Origin: Squalus acanthias
Taxonomy: Eukaryota
Assembly: GCA_030390025.1 (NCBI GenBank)
Contig: CM059432.1
Span: 153,142,001-153,206,000, forward strand
Direction of reading: 5' to 3'
DNA: 64,000 nt
The translations under genes were made by a program, and so were the position numbers. Below, piece after piece: positions 1-12,884 of this stretch (within the stretch, counting starts at the first letter, position 1; every line of letters starts with the position of its first letter). The notes under the pieces were generated by a model that saw only the letters and a list, made by a program, of their open reading frames with translations, was not told where the DNA came from and did not search any database.

Positions 1-110
1 TAATTTCTCTGGTACTTTTTCTTTACTAATATTAATTATTTTAAGTTCCTCACCCTCATTAGACCCTTGGTTCCCCACTATTTCTGGTATGTTTTTTGTG
101 TCTTCTACTT
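1..110 (-). mobile_element. CR1 LINE ORF2 fragment
   Basis: Aligns by eye to 11906-12020 of the minus-strand CR1 copy (TAATTTCTC...AGACCCTTGGTTCCC). Confidence 0.75.
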
Positions 111-479
111 CATTTCAACATGTTTACAGCTTTTTATCATATGCTAACTTCTGAAAAAATCCTCGGCATGGGGCGGGGGAGGGTATTGAAAACATGCTCA
201 GTGTAAGGGAGGGAGTACTATGAATCAGTGTGTCCATACTTGAGCATCTTTAGCCTCAGTCTTCGTATCTGAGTTTATCTTTTCATTACTTATTCCATGA
301 ATGGTCATTCTTAAACATTTTACATTAAAATATTTTCTCCTGCATACTTCTCAAGCATGTTTTCAGCTTTTGTTTTTGTTAAACAATGATAAGCAAATTT
401 ATGTTGACACCTTGTAAATTTTTGATGCAGTACCTTTGGAACCCTGAGACCACTCACTTTATGTATTGTTTATGATATA

Positions 480-757
480 ATAAGAACATGGCTTGGACAA
501 GAAACAATGCTTATACAAAAGATCCAAGAAGGACGACTGCAATGGTTTGGACATAAGGAATAGGAGCAGGAGTAAGCCATACGGCCCCTTGAGCCTGCTC
601 CGCATGGAACGAGAAGCTGAGGAAGACCAAGGAAGCGCTGGATAGACAATGTCAAGAACAACTTGTCACAAAAAGGGATAGAGTTGACTGAAGCGGCTCG
701 GCTAGTTCAGAACCGGCAACAATGGAGTGAATTCATTCAGCCCCATCGTCACTGCTG
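480..757 (+). mobile_element. RTE-clade LINE 3' coding remnant, interrupted by an antisense CR1 3'UTR piece (~551-605)
   Basis: Translates IQEGRLQWFGH ... GRPRKRWIDNVKNNL...AARLVQNRQQW, typical RTE ORF C-terminal motifs. Confidence 0.65.
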
Positions 758-1470
758 AGCTGGGAGGTTAGTAGTAATATATATATATAGGTTCCATCAC
801 ACTTCAGATATTGCTTTTCAAAGTGTAAAAACAAATTTAAAAAGAAGAAAGCCAGTCATTACATATTAGTTTATTGTGACCCACCACTAAAAATTTACAA
901 GCACCTCCCAATCTGCAAACTTTCTTCACCAACCAAATGTGTCTAATTGACATCAAGATTTATAGCAATTAGACTTTGTGGCCTTAAAGGTAGAGGCCAA
1001 TTTAACCACAGCTCCAAATTAGCAGCAAAATAATACCATGTGTGAAGACAAGCAATTGCAACAGATTGTGTAACTAGAACATGGTAGAACATACATAGAA
1101 TACATGTACCAAACAGGACAGAAGATACACAGCATCTGAGTAACAGATAGACATAATTTGTGTAAGAAATACAGACCTTTTGTATAAGAGATACCACAAA
1201 TCCATACCTCTGACCTTGACCCCATCAGGGTGAGACCAGGTGATTTTAATATCTTCAGCACCGATTCGGCATAGGTTTGGGCTGGAGATCCAGCCACTTG
1301 AGGATGGCCACTTAGAAGCCTCCAGTAATGCAAACTCTGCAGCTAATCGGCGTCCTTTAAAAGAGCGCAAATCAAAAAATTTGCTGGCAGCCTTTCTGAA
1401 GTCTTGCAGTCTATGACCCCAGCCTGGCGAATCCAGTTGAGCCCAGTACTACTGGATATGAGGCAGGTGC

Positions 1471-1518
1471 CATGGGACTTCTGACATGGGACTTCTGACA
1501 TGGGACTTCTGACATGGG
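1471..1518. repeat. 14-bp tandem repeat (CATGGGACTTCTGA)x3 plus a partial unit
   Basis: Perfect units at 1471, 1485 and 1499. Confidence 0.9.
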
Positions 1519-1782
1519 TAGTCCTCTCACTGGCCCCGCCTCCACTGACATCATAGGTCATAGGTGGAGCAGGTGCAAGTTCTGCCCTCTCCCAGGCCCA
1601 ATGGACACTAGCACCCCAGGTGGACACCTGTCATTTCTGGAACCTGCGCAATATCCCGCCCTCTCTGCTATACTCCGAGCCAATTTATGCTGGGATGGTG
1701 CCTCAGATCCTGAGGAAATTCAGGCCCATGTGTACAAGTGATACACAATGTTTGTACATTAGATACACACCAAAACAAGTGG

Positions 1783-1948
1783 TCAACAGATAGATTTTTG
1801 GACTCTTGGGGAATCAAGGGACATGGAGATCGGGCGGGAAAGTGAAGTTGAGGTCAAAGATCAGCCATGATCTTATTGAATGGCGGAGCAGGCTCGAGGG
1901 GCCATATGGCCTACTCCTGCTCCTATTTCTAATCTTCTTATGATCTTG
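1783..1948 (+). mobile_element. CR1 3' end fragment
   Basis: GATCAGCCATGATCTTATTGAATGGCGGAGCAGGCTCGAGGGGCC...CCTACTCCTGCTCCTATTTCT, shared with the other CR1 3'UTRs in the window. Confidence 0.85.
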
Positions 1949-2786
1949 GCAGGGGTGGGGACACACACACATGCACGCACGGGCTGGCAGTTGCCGGAGA
2001 ATTTTGGTGGGGTGAGGAGCATTCCCACTCCTCCTGGCCCCACAAAAGCAAAAGGTTTCTGGACTTTTTTGAACGGCTTCCAGCAGTCTCTTTAAGAACC
2101 ACTTGTTAGGCCGGTCAATACAAATGAGCAGAACATCTGTGGCACACACTCCACCCATTTATACCTCCTCAAAATTACAATCAGGATCCTACGTGCGTCG
2201 TAGGATTTGGATTTGCATATTGGTGGCCTCCCGCCTGAAACAGACAGGAGCTCTGACTGCTCATCTAAAGGCCCCTACCAAGAGGGCAGAGGCCATTTTC
2301 GGGCTGCTACCACCTCGTTTAGGTGGCCACAGTTAAAACTGGCCCCAGACCTATTGGGGGGAGAAATTCTATTGGGTTTATAATGGGCATCAGGTCAGTG
2401 AAGAGTTTGTGCCGTCCTGAGGCCTGAGCCAAATTCGGCCTCAGGCCTTCATTTAAATAGAAGCTGCAAGCTGTGGGCATCTGAAGCAGCTCACTGGTGG
2501 GAGCTGGATGAATTCTATCTGGCTCTGACACCCAGCCGGCCCACAGGCAGGCTCTCGGGGGGGGGGGGGGCGGTGAGCCTTGGCCAGCGGCGGCCCACAG
2601 TGTTTATGTGGAAGCAGAAGGAATTCTCCTCCACCTTCTGGCTCCACAAAATTATAACTTTGAAAATGTTTTGTGGCTGTTTTTTTGAGCGGCCACCAGC
2701 AGCCTCTTCGAGGCCTGACACAACGAGGCCGACCTTGTGTAAGCTCCACCCCTTGGACATCAATGGGGCGGCTGGGGTGCCCCGGT

Positions 2787-3458
2787 GCCCCCCCCCCACC
2801 TACCCCCCACCTCCCCCCCACATCTCCCCCCTCCCCCCCACCCTTCCCCCCCACCTACCCCCCACCTCCCCCGCCACCCTTCCCCCCCACTTCCCCCACA
2901 CCTCCCCCCCACCCTTCCCCCCCCACCCTTCCCCCCCACCTCCCCCCCCACCCTTCCCCCCCACTTCCCCCCACCTCCCCCGCCACCCTTCCCCCCCACT
3001 TCCCCCACACCTCCCCCCCCACCCTTCCCTCCCACTTCCCCCACCCTTCCCCCCCACCTCCCCCCCACCCTTCCCCCCCACCTCCCCGCCACCACCTCCT
3101 TCCCCACCCCCCACCCTTCCCCCCCACCTCCCCCCCACCACCTCCTTCCCCAACCCCCACCCTTCCACCACACCTCCCCCCACCCCCACCCTTCCCTCCC
3201 ACCCTTCCCCCCCACCTCCCCCCCACACCTCCTTCCCCACCCCCCACCCTTCCACCACACCTCCCCCCACCCCTCCCCCCCACTTCCCCCCTTCCCCCCC
3301 ACCTCACCCCCCACCCTTGCCCCCCACACCTCCTTCCCCACCTCCCCCCCTTACCTCCCCCCACCCCTCCACCCCACATCTACCCCCACCCTCCCCCCCC
3401 CACCACCCCCCCACCTCCTTCCCCACCTCCCCCCCCCTTACCTCCCCCACCTCCCCCC
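2787..3458. repeat. C-rich low-complexity tandem array (variants of CCCCCACCT/CCCTT); G-tract rich on the minus strand
   Basis: About 670 bp of C-runs separated by A, ACCT or CTT; explains the spurious Pro/Gly ORFs. Confidence 0.9.
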
Positions 3459-4171
3459 GATTTTCAACTCCTGACTGCCTGTCTCTCAGGTGTAACATGG
3501 GTGGCCGTGAGTTGAATTTGTCCCCCACAGTCCATACTTGTGGGACAGTCTCCCTAACAATTGTTCCTCCTCCTTCCCCACACAGACAAGATGGAGCATC
3601 TCAGCACCTCAAGGATCCTCATTTACACCAAGACCCAATAAAACTCCTTGTAGACACAGCCAGGGTCAAATGTCAGCAATATTTTTTATATCATAATCTG
3701 CACCTGATAGCATTTCAAAATAACCAGATCTACTTCATATTTGTTTTTGTTTCATTTATCCTGTCATAACAGAATCTGTTTAATTTAAAATATTGCTCTT
3801 GGTGAATGTATCTCAACCAACCACAGGTCGCTTTCATTGAACGTGTAAACCTTTTCATCACTAGCGTAGGTGTGACTTGTCTTCTAACCCCATCATTACA
3901 TAAACATCTCAACGTCTCTGGCTATTAAATACTCAACGCTGCCTCCTAATTACATCCCACCGCTTCTTGCGTGCCTCCTTTCACTTTGTGGCTGTTATCA
4001 TTTTCTTTGTTTTTATTCTATTTCAAACCCTAAGGAGACACTTTAACCATTTGTAGCTCGGAACTTCAACACATAAAGCTGTGCATTCCACTTTGCCTAA
4101 GTGTACAGGTCTAAAAACCCAATGGCACTGCCCCCCTTTTTCAGGCACTACACAGGCACCTATGCATTTAT

Positions 4172-5150
4172 TTTTAAATTCGTTTATGGGATCTGGGCGT
4201 CACTGGCAATGCCAGCATTTATTGCCCATCCCTAATTGCCCTTGAGAAGGTGGTGGTGAGCCGCCTTCTTGAACCGCTGCAGTCCGTGTGGTGATGGTAC
4301 TCCCACAGTGCTGTTAGGGAGGGAGTTCCAGGATATTGACCCAGCGACGATGAAGGATCTGCGATATACTTCTTAGTCAGGATGGTGTGTGACTTGGAGG
4401 GGAACTTGGAGGTGGTGGTGTTCCCATGCACCTGCTGCCCTTGTCTTTCTAGGTGGAAGAGGTCGCGGGTTTGGGAGGTGCTGCCAAAGAAGCCTTGGCG
4501 AGTTACTGCTGTGCATCTTGTAGATGGTACACACTGCAGCCACGGTATGCCGGTGGTGGAGGGAGTGAGTGTTTAAGGTGGTGGATGGGGTGCCAATCAA
4601 GCAGGCTGCTTTGTCCTGGATGGTGTCGAGTTTCTTGAGTGTTGTTGGAGCTGTACTCATCCAGGCAAGTGGAGAGTATTCCATCACACTCCTGACTTGT
4701 GCCTTGTAGATGGTGGAAAGCCTTTGGGGAGTCAGGAGGTGAGACACTCGCCGCAGAATACCTAGCCTCTGACCTGCTCTTGTTGCCACAGTATTTATGT
4801 GGCTGGTCCAGTTAAGTTCTGGTTAATGGTGACCCCCAGGATGTTGATAGTGGGGGATTCGGCGATGGTAATGCCATTGAATGTCAAGGGGAGGTGGTTA
4901 GACTCACGCTTGTTATAGATAGTCATTGCCTGGCACTTCTGTGGCGCGAATGTTACCTGCCACTTATCAGCCCAAGCCTGAATGTCATCCAGGTCTTGTT
5001 GCATGCGGGCATGGACTGCTTTATTATCTGAGGAGTTGTGAATGGCGTTGAACACTGTGCAGTCATCAGCGAATGTCCCCATTTCTGACCTTATGTTGGA
5101 GGGAAGGTCATTGATGAAGCAGCTGAAGATGGCGGGGCCGAGGACACTGC
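4172..5150 (-). mobile_element. 5'-truncated CR1/L2-group LINE (RT C-terminal half and 3' tail), frameshifted
   Basis: ORFs 4795-5163 (SVLGP..FINDL..FADD) and 4373-4789 (IYKAQVRSVMEY); tail GGGCAATTAGGGATGGGCAATAAATGCTGG. Confidence 0.85.
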
Positions 5151-5159
5151 CCAACCAAT

Positions 5160-6027
5160 CCAATAATCCGAGCCGGAAGTGCGCAATATTGGATCAGATT
5201 TCTCCGTAGGCGTCCGGAGCCAGAAGTATTTGTATCTCTGCCGATGGTAATCTGCCCCTGTGCCTGACTCACCGTGTGATTAAACTCGGCCAGCAGTTCG
5301 TGGCACTGACAGGCAGGAAGGACCCTTCAGCAGCACTATTTAAAGGGCTTCTCCATTACTTATAGGTTAGTTGCTGGTTTGTTATTTCAAGCTGCTGGTT
5401 AACTTATGGGCATTTTTTGGTCTGTTTTCTGACTCTGAAACTTAATCCTAACTGCTGAGGAGAAGATTTTGCCGGTGCTGCACTATTTTTGGCTGCTTTC
5501 ACAACAGTTGTACTGGAGTCATAGGTGGTCTAGTAGGACTGCCTTTGGGACTGGAGGATGAGGGGGAGCAGCAAGGAGAAAGCAAGATTGGCTGGGACAA
5601 GAGTGAGGAGAAGGAGGGCACTGCACAGGGAGCCATATCCACAGCAGGCCTTCAGGAAACACCTCGACATGAACCTTTTGGAGGAGCAATGTATGAGGCG
5701 CCTTCACTTCACAAAGGAGGCTGTCACCGAGCTATGTCACCTGGCGCAGCCACAACTCGAGCCTCGCACCAGGGCCTGGATAGCACTTCCTGTGGTTCTC
5801 AAGATCACTGTGGCCCTTAACTTTTGTGCAAAAGGCTCCTTGCAGGCTGTAGCTGGTGACATCAGCAACATCTCATAGTTTGAAGTCCACCACTGTATCC
5901 GGGAGGTTCTCTACACCAGGAGGAACGCCTGCATCTCTTTCCCCATGGACAGAGTGAAGCAGGACCTACCCTTTAGGAGGTGCTGGATGCCTTTAAGTGG
6001 TGTCAGAGATGCCCAATTTCCAGCCCC
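5160..6027 (+). mobile_element. Harbinger remnant with N-terminal transposase pseudogene (~5520-5965)
   Basis: EEQCMRRLHFTKEAVTELCHL...VLKITVALNF..GSLQAVAGDISNIS* aligns to the transposase at 49005; ends in TIR-like AATTTCCAGCCC. Confidence 0.8.
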
Positions 6028-6617
6028 CACAAACAGGGATGCAGCCAATGAATAACGTTGGCCACACACCTGACATTATAATGAGGCCCCAGCACGGATT
6101 TATCAAATTTCTAGGCCAGAAAGTTCCAGATGCGTGAGCAGTCCGGAGAAGTTTCTCCTCCCCCTCCCCGTGAAACTCACAAATTACTTAAATTGAAAAA
6201 TAGGTGGCATCTAAACTAGAAATCAGGTAATGGAGCCAGTGTTTGTCTTTTGAGGTCACTGGCAATCAATCAATCATAAACAAATTTAATTTTTGCAGTA
6301 TGAGCAATAGGGTATTTTAATGTCTAGCATTTTATTCTTTTCAACATGGCGTTGAGGGACTGTTTATAATCACCTACTGTTTCATGTTGGATGCTACCTT
6401 GGTTTAAAAAATAATCTTAATAAAATGGCATAGTTGTAAGATGGCACCAGTACAGCAGTCACAATGCCTTCCAGCGAGAAACACAAACACTGCATACAAC
6501 GGATTTTGTCTTTCACCTGTTTAGCATATTCTGTGGGCTGTGGCAGGAAAAGTGAGAGAGATGCACCAAGGCAGCAACAGCTTAGTGTCAGTGTGAGGTG
6601 TGACTGTGTCATCATAA

Positions 6618-6722
6618 AGACCTTGCATTTATATAGCCCCTTTCACATCCTCAGGACATCCTAAAGTGCTCGAAGTGTATTTACAGTTGTTATGTAGGCA
6701 AATGTCGCAGTCAATTTGTGCC
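6618..6722 (-). mobile_element. Deu-domain SINE / L2-type 3' tail fragment
   Basis: GACCTTGCATTTATATAGCCCCTTTCAC..CTCAGGACATCC matches 20565-20690. Confidence 0.65.
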
Positions 6723-7439
6723 ATGACATTACAAGACTTTAGCCCTGGTGCTCGCAATTCTCCGGACAATAAAATCAATGGCCAGAAAATTCGCAGTGTC
6801 ATGAATTGGGTGTGTAAACCTCCACTCTGAATTCTTCATTCAATGATTCTGTTGAGTGACTACAATGCCAGGTTTATGCTTTGATAGTGACTGAAATGCA
6901 GCCTATAAATTGTTGTTACACAGTGGTTGTGGGGTTATGATGTGTGGAGCTGCATGACAGTGCCAGTGCAATGCCAATACCATTTTCGTGTGACTATTAC
7001 TTTATAACGGACACATTGCAGAAGAGAACTTGTACTTATATAATGCCTTTCACAACCTTCTGACTCAGAGGTGAGAGTTCTACCCCTGAGCCAAGACTGA
7101 CACCTTGATGCCACATTTGGCACAGTTTTCTTCCCTTGCCAACAATGCTGCTCGCCCACACGAGAAGGGCACAGCAGGATGTGGATGGAGCCTAGTAGGA
7201 GCTGCCTCTTAAAGGGTAGCATCACTTGGTAATTATTGCTTTGAACATTAGGTGTATTTTTTTGCCTTTGCCTATTTTAAGAAAACCAATAGGGGTGCCC
7301 CTGTGTCGCTATCAGAAAGGCAGCTACACAACCTGAGGAGGCAGCATCAATATAATTAAACTTAAAATCTAAATAAACTCAATTTACATCATAATATTAT
7401 TATCGGTGTCGGTAAGACACTCTATACCCTGCGGTGCTC

Positions 7440-7640
7440 ACCGGTCACGGAAGGCCCCGATTCACCGCACGTTCCCTTTCCAAAGCCACCTGACTGGGCC
7501 ACGAAAGAGAGGCAGGACAGCCAGAGCGCTTCTCCCTGCAGGCCACGCACATCCTGGACCTGTGAATGGCCATCTTCGCCAGGCCCAGGAGCAGACCCAC
7601 TAGAAGGTCCTCCGATTTGCCCGCCCCCTTTTGCTGTCTG
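7440..7640 (-). mobile_element. Tx1/L1-like LINE ORF2 C-terminal fragment
   Basis: EDLLVGLLLGLAKMAIHRSR...VALERERAV resembles Tx1-type ORF2 C-termini; recognised from memory, not searched. Confidence 0.55.
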
Positions 7641-8667
7641 CTGGCTGTTGGCAGGAATGCTAATTCGGAGCTATAACGGATAGACTTCCGCTGCTGGGCC
7701 GGGCAGGGGCACCTATCGGAATACCGGGCATGGAGGACCCTGTACCTGTAATGCAGCCCACTCCATTTTCTGTCCATCAACTTAAAGCTGAAAATTTACC
7801 GTATAAGGTACTGCAACAGGCTTTAAAGAGAGAAAGGAAATGAAAAGAGTTTTAAACAAGCTTCTGGGTTAGTGTTCAAGACATGAAGCATGTGGATGAC
7901 TAAGTGAAGTCACAGACATGAACAATTTCCTCATTCACTTGTAGTCTGATACGTCACCAGACTTACTGATATCTGTGCTTGATTTATTCATTCATGCACT
8001 ATGTAAACATGTCACAAATACTTAACATAGCGAGGGCTCTTACTGCTTCATTTCCTTTCTTTCCTAATATTTATTTCAGTACATTCCATATCATCCCCAC
8101 TCGGAAGAATGCATTAATATTAACGGCTCATCACTCTGTCATTGAACACAACAAGGGCTGCTGCTGCACACTGTTCGGATGATATACAGCTTCATTTCCT
8201 GTGTCCATTCCCATTGCATTTAATGAAAGAAACCATCAGGGATATGTGATCAATTGCTCTATGGTCACACCTGAGACAGTCTGTGCTACCTGAGCATTCA
8301 AGTGCAGAAATAGTGCTTGTAGTAATGGATCTTTGACCTGTCATCAAGAGTTGCAATGGAGGATCTTGACAACAGTGATAAGAATTATAACATGACACTC
8401 TCATAAGAACCGAATTATACCAGGGAGCAGAGGGTTAAATTATGAGGACAGGTTGCATAAATTTGGCTTGTATTCCCTGCAGTATAGAAGATTGAGAGGT
8501 AATCTGATTGAGGTGTTTAGGATTCAATAGGGTAGATGAGAATAGAATATAAGAAATAGGAGCAGGAGTAGGCCATTTGGCCCTTCAAGCCTGATCTTCT
8601 ACCTCAACTCCACCTTCCCGCACTATCCTTATATCCCTTAATTCCCTTAATATCCAAAAATCTATCA

Positions 8668-9122
8668 ACCCCGCTATTTAAGAAAGGAGGGAGAGAGAAA
8701 ACGGGGAACTACAGACCTGTTAGCCTCACATCAGTAGTTGGGAAAATGCTGGAATCTATTATAAAGGATGCAATAACTGGGTACTTAGAAACTAATAGTA
8801 AGATTGGCAGAGTCAACATGGATTTATGAAAGGGAAATCCTGTTTGACAAACCCATTGGAGTTCTTTGAGGATGTAACTAGACAAAGGGGAACTGGTAGA
8901 TGTGGTGTATCTGGATTTTCAAAAGGCCTTTGATAAGGTCCCACACAAGAGGTTGGTGAACAAAATTAGGGCACATGGAATTGGGGGTAATATACTAGCA
9001 TGGATTGAGAATTGGTTAACAGACAGAAAACAAAGAGTAGGGAGAAATGGGTCTTTTTCAGGATGGCAGGCTGTGACTAGTGGGGTACCGCAAGGATTGG
9101 TGCTTGGGCCCCAGCTATTCAC
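8668..9122 (+). mobile_element. CR1 ORF2 internal fragment in the opposite orientation
   Basis: ORF 8902-9168 VYLDFQKAFDKVPH...[11 protein letters not shown]. Confidence 0.85.
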
Positions 9123-9232
9123 AAATTCTAGGGAATATAGGCCTAGTCTCCTCAATCTCTCCTCATAGGACAATCCCCCCATCCCAGGAATCAGTCTAGT
9201 GAACCTTTGTTGCACTCCCTCTAAGGCAAGTA

Positions 9233-9794
9233 CAGGAAACTCTTTATTAACCGGCACCAACGGGACCGGCGTGGTGCCGGTTTATCAAAAATTCAGGATA
9301 ACGGAGAGTTATATCTACCAAGGTACGAGAGCCCCGTACATGGCCACAGATCCAGGAGTCCCTGGTGCACGGCCACAGGTGCAGGAACCCCGGTCACATT
9401 AAAGAATTTTCTTTTGAGTAGCCAGCTTTTTTTGATTTAAAAAGTACTATGTACAAACCTTAACCTTTGGTCTCAAACAGCATGTGTGGTGCCCTCGATC
9501 ACAGCCATCACACAACAGCATGTTTTCTGCATCTCCCTTCTTGTGACAGATCTTACAGCGAGCATTCAGCAAAGACTTGGCCCATATAATGCTACGATCC
9601 AGTGTAGAGAGATGAAGGAAAACCCCGGTTACATGGCCACAGATCCAGGAGTCCCTGGTGCACGGCCACAGGTGCAGGAACCCCGGTTACACGGCCACTA
9701 ATATATAGTAAAACTTACCTGAACCTACTCAAGAATTTTGCTGGTTAAGAGAGATTTCCGGATATTTGGGTGCCGGTTAATAAAGAGTTTCCTG
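9233..9794. mobile_element. Tc1/mariner (pogo/Tigger-like) MITE, 562 bp
   Basis: Perfect 26-bp TIR CAGGAAACTCTTTATTAACCGGCACC; TA on both sides; interrupts CR1 at GGCAAGTA|TATT. Confidence 0.9.
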
Positions 9795-10293
9795 TATATT
9801 CTTCCTTGGGTAAGGAGACCAAAACTGTACACAGTACTTCATGTGTGGTCTTGCCAAGGCCCTATATAATTGCAGTAAATCTTCTTTACTCTTATACTCC
9901 AATCCTTTTGCAATAAAGGCTAACATACCATTTGCTTTCCTAATTGCTTGCTGTACCTGCATGTTAACTTTCTGTGATTCGTGTACAAGGACACCCAGGT
10001 CCCTCTGAACACCAACATTTCCCAATCTCACACCATTTAAAAAATATTCTGCTTTTATATTTTTCCTACCAAAGTGGATAACCATTCCATCTGCCATGTT
10101 CTTGCCCACTCACTTAACATGTCTATATCCCTTTGCAGCCTCTTTGCATTCTCCTCACAACTTATTTTTCCTCCTAGCTTTGTATCATCAGCAAACTTGG
10201 ATACATTACACTCGGTCCCTTCATCTAGGCCACTGATATAGATTGTAAATAGCTGAGGCCCAAGCACTAATCCTTGTGGTACTCCACTAGTTA

Positions 10294-12147
10294 GAAACAT
10301 AGAACATAGAAACATAGAAAAATAGGAGCAGGAGTCGGCCATTCGGCCCTTCGAGCATGCTCCGCTATTCAATATGATCATGGCTGATCCTCTATCTCAA
10401 TACCATATTCCCGCTCTCTCCCCATACCCCTTGATGCCTTTTGTGTCTAGAAATCTATCTATCTCCTTCTTAAATATATTCAGTGACTTGGCCTCCACAG
10501 CCTTCTGTGGTAGAGAATTCCACAGGTTCACCACCCTCTGAGTGAAGAAATTTCTCCTCATCTCAGTCCTAAATGTCCTACCCCGAATCCTGAGACTGTG
10601 ACCCCTCGTTCTAGACCCCCCAGCCAGGGGAAACATCCTCCATGCATCCAGTCTGTCTAGCCCTGTCAGAATTTTATACGTTTCAATGAGATCCCCTCTC
10701 ATTCTTCTAAACTCTAGTGAATACAGGCCTAGTCGACCCAATCTCTCCTCATAAGACAGTCCTGCCATCCCAGGAATCAGTCTGGTGAACCTTCGCTGCA
10801 CTCCCTCTATGGCAAGTATATCCTTTCTTAGGTAAGGAAACCAAAACTGCACACAGTACTCCAGGTGTGGCCTCACCAAGGCCCTGTACAACTGTAGTAA
10901 GACATCCTTGCTCCTGTACTCAAATCCTCTTGCAATGAAGGCCAACATACCATTTGCCTTCCTAACTGCTTGCTGCACCTGCATGTTTGCTTTCAGTGAC
11001 TGGTGTACAAGGACACCCAGTTCCCTTTGGACATCAGCATTTCCCAATCTATCACCATTTAAATAATACTCTGCCTTGCTGTTTTTCCTCCCGAAGAGGA
11101 CAACTTCACATTTATCCACGTTATACTGCATCTGCCATGTATTTGCCCACTCACTCAACTTGTCTAAATCTCCTTGAAGCCTCTTTGCATCCTCCTCACA
11201 ACTCACAATCCCACCTAGTTTCATGTCGTCAGCAAACTTGGAAATATTACATTTGGTTCCCTCATCCAAATCATTGATATATATTGTGAATAGCTGGGGC
11301 CCAAGCACTGATCCCTGCGGTACCCCACTAATCACCGCCTGCCACCCCGAAAAAGACCCATTTATTCTTACTCTCTGTTTCCTGTCTGTTAACCAATTTT
11401 CAATCCATGCCAGTATATTACCCCCAATGACATGTGCTTTAATTTTGCACACTAACCTCTTATCTGGGACTTTATCAAAGGCCTTCTGAAAATCCAAATA
11501 CACTACATCCACTGGTTCTCCCTTATCTATTCTACCAGTTACATCCTCAAAAAACTCCAGTAGATTTGTCAAACATGATTTCCCTTTCATAAATCCATGT
11601 TGACTTTGTCTAATCCCATTGATATTTTCTAAGTGTCCTGTTATCACATCCTTTATAATAGACTCTAGCATTTTCCCTACTACTGATGTTAGGCTAACCG
11701 GTCTGTAGTTCCCTGTTTTCTCTCTCCCTCCTTTTTTAAATAGTGGGGTTACATTTGCCACCCTCCAATCTGCAGGAACTGTTCCATAATCTATAGAATT
11801 TTGGAAGATGACAACCATTGCATCCACTATTTCCATGGCTACCTCTTTTAGTACTCTGGGATGCAGATTATCAGGCCCTGGGGATTCATCAGCTTTCAGT
11901 CCCATTAATTTCTCCAGCACTATTTTTTTACTAACACTAACTTCCTTTAATTCCTCCTTCTCACTAGACCCTTGGTTCCCTAGCATTTCTGGGAAGTTAT
12001 TTATGTCCTCTTCCGTGAAGACAGAACCAAAGTATTTGTTTAATTGCTTAGCCATTTCCTTGTTCCCCATTATAAATTCTCCCGTTTCTGATTGTAAGGG
12101 ACCTACATTTGTCTTCACTAATCTTTTTCTTTTTCTTTTTTCTTTTT
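10294..12147 (-). mobile_element. Young 5'-truncated CR1 LINE with (TTTCTATG)n-type tail
   Basis: Uninterrupted RT frame, full 3'UTR, tail repeats at 10294-10320. Confidence 0.95.
10397..12118 (-). CDS. CR1 ORF2 partial (reverse transcriptase domain; endonuclease missing), 573 aa open
   Basis: NYRPVSLTS, LDFQKAFD, GVPQGSVLGP, KFADD, RPHLEYCVQFW motifs. Confidence 0.9.
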   Translation of the reverse strand: MKTNVGPLQSETGEFIMGNKEMAKQLNKYFGSVFTEEDINNFPEMLGNQGSSEKEELKEVSVSKKIVLEKLMGLKADESPGPDNLHPRVLKEVAMEIVDAMVVIFQNSIDYGTVPADWRVANVTPLFKKGGREKTGNYRPVSLTSVVGKMLESIIKDVITGHLENINGIRQSQHGFMKGKSCLTNLLEFFEDVTGRIDKGEPVDVVYLDFQKAFDKVPDKRLVCKIKAHVIGGNILAWIENWLTDRKQRVRINGSFSGWQAVISGVPQGSVLGPQLFTIYINDLDEGTKCNISKFADDMKLGGIVSCEEDAKRLQGDLDKLSEWANTWQMQYNVDKCEVVLFGRKNSKAEYYLNGDRLGNADVQRELGVLVHQSLKANMQVQQAVRKANGMLAFIARGFEYRSKDVLLQLYRALVRPHLEYCVQFWFPYLRKDILAIEGVQRRFTRLIPGMAGLSYEERLGRLGLYSLEFRRMRGDLIETYKILTGLDRLDAWRMFPLAGGSRTRGHSLRIRGRTFRTEMRRNFFTQRVVNLWNSLPQKAVEAKSLNIFKKEIDRFLDTKGIKGYGERAGIWY

Positions 12148-12884
12148 ACAGCCTGCCAACCCAAAAATGACCTGTTTATACCTACTCTCTGTCTTCTGTC
12201 CGTTTACCAATCCACAATCCATGCTAATATATTACCCCAATCCCATGAGACCTAATTTTGTGTAATAACCTCTTATTGAATGCTTTCTGATAATCCAAAT
12301 ATACCACAGCCACTGGTTCCCCCATCTACCCTGCTAGTTACAACCTCAAAAAACTCTAACAGGTTTGTCAAACACGATTTCCCTTTCATAAATCCATGTT
12401 GACTCTGCCCAACCACATGATTTTCTAAGTGCCCTGTTACCACTTCCCTAATAATAAAATCTCGCATTTTCCCTACTACTGATGTAAGAACATAACAGCA
12501 TAAGAAATAGGAGCAGGAGTCGGCCATTCGGCCCTTTGAGCCTGCTCCGCCATTCAATGAGATCATGGCTGATCTTCTACCTCAACTCCACTTTCCTGCA
12601 CTATCCCCACTAACTGGTCTATAGTTTCCTGTTTTCTTTCTCCCTCCTTTCTTGAATAGAGGGGTTACATTGCTACCATCCAATTCACTGGGACCATTCT
12701 AGAATCTAGGGAATTCTGGAAGAACAAAACCAATGCATCCACTATCTCTGTAGTCACCTCTTTTAAAACCCTAGGATGTAGGCCATCAGGGCCAGCTGAT
12801 TTGTCTTGTTTTAGTTCCATTAATTTCTCCAGTACTATTTCTTTATTAATATCAATTTCTTTAGGTTCCTCATTTTCAGATACA

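Larger units (their letters stand above)
8545..12880 (-). mobile_element. Older, fragmented CR1 copy (8545-8668, 9122-10293, 12148-12880) hosting several later insertions
   Basis: ORF2 peptides on the minus strand (ORFs 9777, 10055, 12273, 12665); CCACTAGTTA (10293) rejoins CAGCCTGCC (~12150). Confidence 0.75.

Noticed and set aside
2573..3769. Long Pro-rich and Gly-rich ORFs (extensin-like)
   Set aside because: By-products of the C-rich array; open in many frames on both strands
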